17,959 nt of DNA from Deltaproteobacteria bacterium (GTDB lineage Bacteria; Desulfobacterota; Binatia; UBA12015): positions 1 to 17,959 of the forward strand of contig JAYGCM010000065.1 in NCBI GenBank assembly GCA_046583355.1, in the 5' to 3' direction. The position numbers and the translations under genes were made by a program. Below the pieces are notes generated by a model, which was given only the letters and a program-made list of their open reading frames with translations, did not search any database and was not told where the DNA came from. How positions within the stretch are numbered: position 1 is the stretch's first letter; each line of letters begins with the position of its first letter. Shown one piece after another: positions 7,729 through 15,216 of this stretch.

Positions 7729-8993
7729 GCCGCTTTCTCCTGCTGCAACGCGAGTGCCTCGCGGTAGACCTCGACCGTGCGCTCGGCCGCGCGCTCCCAG
7801 GTGAAATTCGCCAGCACGCGACGACGGCCGGCCTCGCCCATGGCGCGGCGGCGGTCTTCGTCCATCGCGAGCACGTCAGCAATGGCGCGCGCCAGGTCGG
7901 CGGCGTCGCCGGCTTCGGCCAGGAGGCCACAGCTACCATCGGTACCGACGACCTCGGGCAGCGCGCCGCCGCGGGTCGATACCAGAGGCACCTCACAGGC
8001 CATCGCCTCGCCGGCGGGAAACCCGAAACCCTCATAAAGAGACGGCACTACAGCCAGCGTCGCGCGCGAGTAGCGCTCGGCGATTTCATGGTCGGCGACC
8101 CGGCCAGTGAATTCAATGGCGTCGTCCAGGCCGAGTTCACGGATTCTTTCAGCCGTGCCGGTTCTCTGGCCGGGCTCGCCGATCACCGTGAGCTTGAGCG
8201 CCGGGCGCTCGCGGCGCAGGATCTCCAGGGCCTCAGCGAGATAGCGAAAGCCCTTGAGCGGCTGGTCTGCGGAGAGCGTCGTGATCAGCCTATCGGACGC
8301 GCGGCGCACGCCGGGAATCGGCTGAAAGACATCTATATGAATGCCGTTGCCAACCACCCGCATTCTCTCACGCGGGATGCGATACTCTTCCGCAATATCG
8401 TTGAGCGAACATTCCGAGACCGTCATGATGCGCTCCATCTGGCGCGCCACGCGGATCTGCTCGGGCAAGAAATTATAAAAACGGAAATGCCCCCACCATT
8501 GTTTGAAGCCGCGGCTCGCATCGAGCGCCAGGCGGCGGTCGCGTGTCACGGGGTGGTGGATCGTCGCTACCAGCGGCGCATGCGTGCGCAGGGGCAAAAG
8601 TGCGGCGCCCAGCGATTGGTTGTCATGGATAATATCGTAGGCGAAGGGCTTGCCCTTGGGCTGAATCCGCCGTGCCACGCGGCGACAAAAGGTGATCGGC
8701 TCTTTGAAGCCGCCGGTCACGGTACTCGCCCATTCCGCGAAATCGATCGAATCCTTGACGCTCTTCAGCGCCTCATGACGCGGCGCATCGGGGTTGCCCC
8801 AGAGATCGAGGCTGGGAATCTTGTGTAGCGCCACACCGTCGAGCAACTCCGGATAGGGCTGACCGCTCCAAACGTCGACCGAATGGCCGAGCTCAACCAG
8901 AGCACGAGAGAGCAGACGGACGTAGATCCCCTGCCCCCCTGAGCGCGGATTCCCGCGGTAGGTGAGCATTCCTATGCGTAATGGTGCAGCCAA
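7722..8993 (-). CDS. manT: Glycosyltransferase family 4 (GT-B), ManT-like alpha-mannosyltransferase
   Basis: Motifs YRGNPRSGGQGIYV, SGQPYP, HDNQSLG, TIHHPVTRD, PLKG, and the GT4 E-x7-E motif PSLYEGFGFPAGEAMACE. TTG start. GT4 is firm; ManT orthology is inferred from motifs and synteny. Confidence 0.8.
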   Translation of the reverse strand: MAAPLRIGMLTYRGNPRSGGQGIYVRLLSRALVELGHSVDVWSGQPYPELLDGVALHKIPSLDLWGNPDAPRHEALKSVKDSIDFAEWASTVTGGFKEPITFCRRVARRIQPKGKPFAYDIIHDNQSLGAALLPLRTHAPLVATIHHPVTRDRRLALDASRGFKQWWGHFRFYNFLPEQIRVARQMERIMTVSECSLNDIAEEYRIPRERMRVVGNGIHIDVFQPIPGVRRASDRLITTLSADQPLKGFRYLAEALEILRRERPALKLTVIGEPGQRTGTAERIRELGLDDAIEFTGRVADHEIAERYSRATLAVVPSLYEGFGFPAGEAMACEVPLVSTRGGALPEVVGTDGSCGLLAEAGDAADLARAIADVLAMDEDRRRAMGEAGRRRVLANFTWERAAERTVEVYREALALQQEKAAC

Positions 8994-9269
8994 AATGAAA
9001 TCGATCCCGAGATAAATGGTGTAAAATCATGCGAGCCAAGATCGTTTCACGCAGAGAGACCCAAGGCCGCCCCACCCCCCACAGGTCGCCCAAGATATCT
9101 AAGGAACACGAGGGAAATTCGCAATACCGTGCGGAAACAGCGTTTGGACAATCACCCGATTGCGCGTTTTTTTTCGACCATCACTAGGTTTTTATCATGT
9201 CCAGGAGCAATCCGAGGAACAATCGGATCTTGATTGCACACGTGTCTTGCCAAGCGTAAAGAGCCACCC
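8994..9269. promoter_or_regulatory. AT-richer divergent promoter region between the GT4 operon and the acyl-CoA synthetase
   Basis: 276-bp gap between divergent starts with visibly lower GC, repeated CAATC/GATTG elements (e.g. CAATC-ACCC-GATTG at about 9148-9161) and an ACACGTGT palindrome at about 9238-9245. Confidence 0.45.
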
Positions 9270-10901
9270 ATGAACACGACCTTCAATCTGGCGGACCTTT
9301 TCGAGCGTGTCGTGGACCGCGTGCCGCAGCGTACGGCGCTCATCTGCGGCGACAAGCGTTCCACCTTCCAAGAACTTGAGGCGCGCGCCAACCAATTGGC
9401 CCACCACCTCGCCACCAGCGGCGTCGGTGCCGGCGACCAGGTCGGCCTCTACCTCTATAACGGCAACGAATTTCTCGAGGCGATGTGGGCCTGTTTCAAG
9501 ATTCGCGCCGTACCAGTGAACGTCAACTATCGGTACGTCGACGAAGAATTGCTCTATCTCTTTGAGAACGCGGATATGGTCGGCTGCATCCACAACCGCG
9601 AGTTCGTTCCGCATATCGCGAAGATCCTCGGCTCGGCCCCGAAGATGAAGGTGCTGGTCTCGGTCGATGACGATACCGGCCACGACCTCAAAGCGATCGG
9701 TGCTGTCGAATACGAGGCGGCCTGCCAGGCGCAGAGCGAGGAACGTGATTTCGCGCAGCGCCAGGAAGACGACCTCTTCATTCTCTACACCGGCGGAACC
9801 ACCGGCATGCCCAAGGGCGTGATGTGGCCGCAGAAGAACCTCTTCATGGCCGCGCTCGGCGGCGGAGGCTTCCTGACCGGCAACGGCCCGTGCACCAAGC
9901 CCGAAGATATCGATGAACGGATCATCGAGAACCCGATGGTCGGCATGGCGTTGGCGCCTTTGATGCACGGCGCTTGCTGGTGGTATGCGCTGATCCAGAT
10001 GCTGGCCGGCTCGACCGTCACGCTGAACCCCCTGCGCACCTTCGATGGCGCCGAGATCTGGAATATCGTCGAGCGCGAAAGCGTGAACTCGATTGCCATC
10101 GTCGGGGATGCGATGGCCATTCCCCTGCTCGACGCACTCGATCAATACCCCAAGCGCTGGGACCTGAGTTCGATCTTCAACATCGGATCGGGCGGCGCCA
10201 TCTTCTCACCGACCAGCCAGGACGCCTTCCGTGCTCATTTCCCGGACGTCTTCATCACCAACGCCTTCGGCTCCTCCGAGGCCGGCAATATGGGGTTTGA
10301 CTCCGGCAAGAAAAAAACCTCGGCCGGACTAGGCAACGTCGTGCGCGACGACTTCATGGATGTGATCACAAGCGACGACGACGGCGCGACACACCGCCAC
10401 GCCCAGCCCGGCGAGAACGGCATCTTCGCGCGTTCGGGCTATATTCCCCGAGGTTATTATGGCGACCCGGTAAAAACCGCCAAAACCTTCGTGCCAGTTG
10501 CGGGCAAGACCTGGCTGCTCACGGGCGACGAGGCGACGCTGGAGGACGACGGCTCGATCACGATCTTCGGCCGTGGCTCCAATTGCATCAACTCCGGCGG
10601 CGAGAAGATTTTTCCCGAAGAAGTCGAACAGGCGCTCAAGGCCCATCCGAGCGTCTTTGACGTATTGGTCGTTGCGACGCCCGACGAGCGCTGGGGCAGC
10701 AAGGTCACGGCCGTCGTGGCGCTCCGCGCTGGAGCCGAACTCTCGCTCGACTCCCTGCAGGAAGAAGCCCGCAAGCATATCTCGGGCTATAAACTCCCGC
10801 GCGAGATGCATCTCGTACCGGAGGTGCCGCGTGCGCCGAGCGGCAAGCCCAATTATGCCAAGGCCGAAGAGATCGCATTAAGCGGCGCGTTCCGCGCCTA
10901 G
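9270..10901 (+). CDS. Acyl-CoA synthetase, FadD19-like (543 aa)
   Basis: Start reassigned to ATG 9270 ([12 protein letters not shown]). Motifs NVNYRY, A3 [44 protein letters not shown] and A10 PSGKP. Confidence 0.92.
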   Translation: MNTTFNLADLFERVVDRVPQRTALICGDKRSTFQELEARANQLAHHLATSGVGAGDQVGLYLYNGNEFLEAMWACFKIRAVPVNVNYRYVDEELLYLFENADMVGCIHNREFVPHIAKILGSAPKMKVLVSVDDDTGHDLKAIGAVEYEAACQAQSEERDFAQRQEDDLFILYTGGTTGMPKGVMWPQKNLFMAALGGGGFLTGNGPCTKPEDIDERIIENPMVGMALAPLMHGACWWYALIQMLAGSTVTLNPLRTFDGAEIWNIVERESVNSIAIVGDAMAIPLLDALDQYPKRWDLSSIFNIGSGGAIFSPTSQDAFRAHFPDVFITNAFGSSEAGNMGFDSGKKKTSAGLGNVVRDDFMDVITSDDDGATHRHAQPGENGIFARSGYIPRGYYGDPVKTAKTFVPVAGKTWLLTGDEATLEDDGSITIFGRGSNCINSGGEKIFPEEVEQALKAHPSVFDVLVVATPDERWGSKVTAVVALRAGAELSLDSLQEEARKHISGYKLPREMHLVPEVPRAPSGKPNYAKAEEIALSGAFRA

Positions 10902-11978
10902 AGGAAGTCCGGCCCCAGCGCGACGGCGTACCGCACCGCCCAGGCCCAGATTATGCTGCAGGGCGACCTTCGCACCTTCGACCTGGCGGGCTTCGGCGAG
11001 TCCGCGCAGCTGCCAACTCAATTCGGCGCATTGCGCCAAGCCGGTCGCGCCGAGCGGATGGCCTTTCGAGATCAGTCCGCCCGAAGGATTCACCACGACG
11101 CGGCCACCGTAGGTATTCGCCCCGGAGTCCACGAAATCCCCGCCCTTCCCTTCCGGGCAAAGCCCCAATCCCTCATAGGTGATCATCTCGTTGGTCGAGA
11201 AACAATCGTGCAACTCCACGACGTCCACGTCCTCCGCGCCAAGCCCCGATTGCACGAAGACTTTCTCGGCCGCCTTGCGCGTCATATCCGCGCCGACCAT
11301 TTTCATCATGCTCTTCGCATCGAAGCTGCTCGCCGTATCCGTGGTCATCGCCATCCCGAGAATCTCGACTGCCTGAGCTTCGAGGCCGTGTTGCCGCACA
11401 AAATCTTCGCTTGCCACGATCGCAGCGGCCGAACCATCTGAGGCAGGGCAGCATTGGAGTCGCGTAAGCGGACCAAAGACCTTCGGAGAAGCCAGGATTT
11501 CGTCCAGCGAGTATTCGTCCTGGAATTGCGAGTAGGGGTTGTTCACGGAATGGCGATGATTCTTCCAACCGATCTTGGCGAAATGTTCCGGCGTCGCCCC
11601 GAAGCGCTCCATATATTCGATGCCCGCGTTGCCGAAGAGCTGCGCCGCAATGGGATCCTTGGTTGTCCCTCGTTGGTCCCGCATCACATCGATATGTTGC
11701 CCCAAGGGATTCGTGCGATCGGGATATTTGAAGCCCAGAGAACCGCGCTCCATCTTCTCAAAGCCAAGCGCCATCACGCAATCCGCGAGGCCACCTTCGA
11801 CGAATTGTTTCGCCATGAGCAACGCCGTCGAACCCGTGGAACAATTGTTGTTTACGTTGTAGATCGGGATTCCGGTCAGGCCCAATTCGTAGAAAGCACG
11901 CTCGCCGGCGGTCGAGTCGCCGTAGCAGTAGCCCACGCACGCCTGTTCGATCGGGTCGATCGAAACGCACGCATCCTC
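10878..11978 (-). pseudogene. SCP-x/lipid-transfer-protein-type thiolase lacking its N-terminus and with an aberrant C-terminus
   Basis: Motifs [68 protein letters not shown] and QHNLGLGGA. The N-terminal GVGMT segment is missing and there is no start of its own. After GGAV the frame reads RRRAGAG and overlaps the convergent gene. Confidence 0.8.
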
Positions 11979-12268
11979 ACACGGCTGGTTTTCCTGGATC
12001 AAGGTCTCGAAGCCAACCATTCCATCAGGCACCTCACCGTCATCGAGATACACGAGCGTCTCCACGGTATCCGACGCCGCCTGAATCGCGGGAACCATCG
12101 GCGCAAAAGCCGCATCGACGAAGAGGACCTTGGCACCGGAGTCACGCAGCGAGTACGCATTTTCCGTAGCCGACCAGCGCACATTCATCGGGACGACGAC
12201 CGCCCCTGCCCACCAGACCGAAAAATAATATTCGGCATAGCGGTCGGAATTGAGCGCAAGAATCGCCG
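11971..12268 (-). pseudogene. Internal N-terminal fragment (about 100 aa) of a long-chain acyl-CoA ligase, fused in frame to the thiolase
   Basis: [51 protein letters not shown]...[15 protein letters not shown]. It stops before the A3 P-loop and lacks the family's first few dozen residues. Confidence 0.8.
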
Positions 12269-12270
12269 CG

Positions 12271-12396
12271 GCCAAGCCCGGCCACGCGCGCGCCTGCAAA
12301 AAAGACGAAGTCTGCATAGGCCGCAGCCTCGGCAAGGCCCTCGGCGCGCTCACCGAAGGCACCGGCAAGGTATCGATGCTCGTCCGCGTGCAATAG
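12271..12396 (+). pseudogene. Orphan C-terminal remnant resembling the end of tail-fibre/intramolecular-chaperone (Peptidase G2/IMC-like) proteins
   Basis: Hand translation: [41 protein letters not shown]. This matches the pattern PGHA..A...GKAL..L..G.G.I.VLV.LQ*. An in-frame stop at 12238-12240 and no credible start make it a fragment. Confidence 0.55.
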
Positions 12397-12492
12397 CTCC
12401 GCCAGCGCGTTGCGCAGCCCAAAAAGCCAGCCGGCACCTGCCCGGCGGTCGGCTGCCGTTGCACTTCGCGGCCGGACCTCTAGGCTGCCCGA

Positions 12493-12798
12493 ATGCCTTT
12501 GACGGGAAAAGAGCGGCGGCGCCTGCGCGGCCTCGGCCACGGCCTCGCGCCAGTCGTATATATCGGGAAAGGCGGCTTGACCGACCCCGTAAAGACGGCC
12601 ATCGACGAGCAGCTTGTCGCCCACGAACTGATCAAGATCCGCCGCAGCACGGAATGCCCGATCGACAAAAAGGCATTGGCTGCGGCCATCGAAGAAGCGC
12701 TCGGCGCCGATATCGCCCAAACGCTCGGCCACACCCTGCTGGTCTACCGCGCCAACCCCGACGACCCCACCGAACCGGTGCCCTCAAGCGACCAGTAG
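12493..12798 (+). CDS. yhbY: YhbY/CRS1 RNA-binding ribosome assembly protein
   Basis: LTGKERRRLRGLGHGLAPVVYIGKGGLT, HELIKI, QTLGHTLLVYR. Confidence 0.95.
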   Translation: MPLTGKERRRLRGLGHGLAPVVYIGKGGLTDPVKTAIDEQLVAHELIKIRRSTECPIDKKALAAAIEEALGADIAQTLGHTLLVYRANPDDPTEPVPSSDQ

Positions 12799-12881
12799 AG
12801 AGGCCGCTCGCGCCCAAGCCCGAAAGGCGATAGGACGCACGCTGGAGTCGGCCGCGAGCGCCGGCAGCTGCGGAGGATGGG

Positions 12882-13184
12882 ATGGGGTTTTTTGCGAAGC
12901 TATTTGGACGGCGTCAGACCGACGACCTCCAAACACAGGAAATCGGTCGCGTGGATACCTATTTTGCCAAGGTCGGTGTCGTGGCAGTGAAGCTCAAGCG
13001 CAAGCTTGAGGTAGGCGAAGAGATCCTCGTGCGAGGCCATACAACGGATTTCGTCCAACGCGTGAAGTCGATCCAGATCCAGCATGAATCCGTCGACGTC
13101 GCGTGCCGCGGCGCCGAGGTCGGCATCAAAGTCCGCCGCCGCTGCCGCCGCGGCGACCGCGTCTTCCGCGTCCTCGAAGCCTGA
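12882..13184 (+). CDS. Small translation-elongation-factor-like beta-barrel protein (EF-Tu domain 2 / U32 C-terminal-like)
   Basis: GGAGG RBS; EIGRVDTYFAKVGVVAVKL...LEVGEEI...GHTTDFVQRVKSIQIQH..V..A.RG.EVGIKV...R.GD.VF. Confidence 0.85.
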   Translation: MGFFAKLFGRRQTDDLQTQEIGRVDTYFAKVGVVAVKLKRKLEVGEEILVRGHTTDFVQRVKSIQIQHESVDVACRGAEVGIKVRRRCRRGDRVFRVLEA

Positions 13185-13261
13185 TCCCCGCGCGCCACAC
13201 AAGCGGCGCGCTCGCTACAACCAGAGAGAATGCGAACCCGCACAAATCGTGCTGGCTGGCG

Positions 13262-14037
13262 TCACTTATGGCCATCGCCCAAGACTTCCCATCGCCCCCC
13301 CTTGCGCGGCCCCACGTACCGCAGGCACCCTTCCTTCGTGAGCTTTGCACTGGCACGCTCCACTGCGCTCAAAGACTTGCCGATGGTTGCGGCCACTTCA
13401 GCGAGAGTCATTTGAGGCTGGATCGCGAGCAGACGAAGAATCTCTCCCGGCGTTTTCACCGGCGTTTTCACCAAAGTATTTGGCGGCGTTTCACCCAAGG
13501 CTTCGGCAGAAATGCTCGCCCATCAACTTCTCAACCGACCAATCCGCTGGAAGCTCACCCGGATTCCAAATCACCAAGCGGTCCGCGTAAACGCGAATCT
13601 GAATCGGTGCGGGGACCGCGTAGTCACGATGGACGACAGCATTCAAAAGCACCTCGCGCAGCGCGCTCACGGACTCTTCCCGCTGGAGACCCTCGTAACC
13701 GATAGTCGCCTTCAGATACTTGGTCAGCAGAAGATCCATGGCCTTGTCGACCTGCGCAAACAGACCGCCCTGCACTTCATCGTGATAGCGCAGAGCGGAG
13801 CCACTCGCGAAATAACCAATCTTGATCGCAGCGCCCATGAAGAAACACTCGGGGTCGGGGTGAAACAGCAAGACCGCCGCGCCCTTGAGCACCTGTTTGG
13901 TGCTGCCGCTGCAAATAATGGTACTCGCCGCGGTAGCTGGTCGGCACAGGATACGACTCTACCGCGATCCGAAGATACAGCTTGCCGTCCTCCTCCAACA
14001 GGTTGATATCCCCGACGATACCGAGCAAGTCACGAAA
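13262..14037 (-). pseudogene. Degraded Schlafen/AlbA_2 + HATPase_c_4 + winged-HTH ('RecG-like ATP-binding regulator') gene
   Basis: Fragments lie in different frames: RDLLGIVGDINL...YPVPTSYRGEYHY / SGSTKQVLKGAAVLLFHPDP...ALREVLLNAVVHRDY...IQIRVYADRLVIWNPGELP / VKTP...ILRLLAIQPQMTLAEVA...RYVGPRKGGRWEV. There is a frameshift near 13913, the N-terminus is missing and there are internal deletions. Confidence 0.85.
13447..13495. repeat. 12-bp tandem repeat (CCGGCGTTTTCA x2 plus a degenerate copy) encoding the VKTP linker
   Basis: Seen directly at 13447-13472, with GGCGTTTCACC at 13485-13495. This resembles the linker that precedes the HTH in this family. Confidence 0.7.
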
Positions 14038-14204
14038 CTCTATGGGGCCGCGTACAAATGCCCCGGCACAGAGTTCGGCGCATATGCCGTGGAGACGCGG
14101 CCGCGAAGAGAGAGCCCAATGGGTCCTGAGAGAGAGCCCGGACGGAGGAGAAAGCCTAGCGGGGCCCCGGATGCCTCTCCTGCCGTGCTAGACCCGTGGG
14201 AACC

Positions 14205-15041
14205 ATGCAGGAATTTGCGGGGAAAACGGCGGTGATTACGGGCGCGGGCAGCGGCATCGGGGCCGGGCTCGCGCGGCATGCGGCGAAGCTTGGCTGTCAG
14301 GTCGTGATTGCGGATATTGACGAAGATGGGCTCGCCGAGACGCTGGTCGATATCATGGAGGCGGGCGGCGATTGTCTCGCCTGGCGCACGGATGTCGCCA
14401 AGGCCGAGGACGTGGAAGCACTCGCCGAGCAGGCCTTTTCTGCCTTCGGCCATGTCGACCTGCTCTTCAACAACGCTGGCGTATTGGTCGACGGCGTCTG
14501 CTGGGAGCGCTCACTCGAAGATTGGCGCTGGAGCCTCGATGTCAACGTGATGGGCTGCGTGCATGGCCTCAAATTCTTCCTGCCACGGATGATCGCACAA
14601 GGAACCGAAGGCGCCGTGGTGAATACCGCGTCGGTCGCGGGACTCCTCGCGAGTGGCTTTCTCGGCCCCTATACCACCACCAAGCACGCTATTTTTGCGT
14701 TGAGCGAGGTGCTCTTCAACGACCTGCGGGCGCGCCGCACCGCGCTGAAAGCCCATGTGATCTGCCCCGGCGCCGTCGCTACGCGGATCTGGGAGTCGGG
14801 CAGACTCCGCCCTGAGGGCGAGGCGGCGGCAGACGGCCTGCAGACGCAAAGTGAAGAGGAGTTCCGCGCCAACGTCTCTGCCACGCTCGCCGATGGCATG
14901 AGCCCCGACGAGCTGGCCGGCATCGTTTTCACGGCGATCGCCGCCGAACGCTTTCATATCTTCCCCCACCCCGAGTTCCTCGAGCGCACTCGCGAGCGCT
15001 TCGCCCGCATCATCGCGCAGGAAAACCCCGGCGACGACTGA
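14205..15041 (+). CDS. Short-chain dehydrogenase/reductase (classical SDR, 278 aa)
   Basis: TGAGSGIG, IADID, NNAG, NTAS and catalytic YTTTK. ATG 14205 is preferred over GTG 14196. Confidence 0.93.
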   Translation: MQEFAGKTAVITGAGSGIGAGLARHAAKLGCQVVIADIDEDGLAETLVDIMEAGGDCLAWRTDVAKAEDVEALAEQAFSAFGHVDLLFNNAGVLVDGVCWERSLEDWRWSLDVNVMGCVHGLKFFLPRMIAQGTEGAVVNTASVAGLLASGFLGPYTTTKHAIFALSEVLFNDLRARRTALKAHVICPGAVATRIWESGRLRPEGEAAADGLQTQSEEEFRANVSATLADGMSPDELAGIVFTAIAAERFHIFPHPEFLERTRERFARIIAQENPGDD

Positions 15042-15216
15042 GGTCCGACGCGGCCATTTGGCGCAAGGGCGCATCAACAGCGAGAGAGAGACCGGACTGG
15101 ATTCCACCGGCTCCGTCCTGTAAGGGCCAGCTTCGCCCTGCGCCCTCCCGCCTACCGCCGCCGCGATTCCGCGGCGCGCCCGTGTAGGCCGAGCAGCACA
15201 GGGATCGAGCCCTATC

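Noticed and set aside
9130..9150. KstR-like operator (AAAC-AGC-GTTT) upstream of the FadD19-like gene
   Set aside because: Spacer and flanks do not fit TnnAACnnGTTnnA, and no TetR gene is in the window.
12269..12464. N-terminal about 65 aa of the 528-aa ORF as a real protein start
   Set aside because: The sequence is not protein-like and has no RBS; it is antisense to the + strand remnant and to intergenic DNA.
11454..12833. 459-aa + strand ORF
   Set aside because: It is the antisense shadow of the thiolase/ligase frame, then runs out of frame over yhbY; Arg-rich with no recognisable motifs.
14040..14204. Riboswitch upstream of the SDR
   Set aside because: Purine-rich with small hairpins, but I could not match the conserved core of any known riboswitch.
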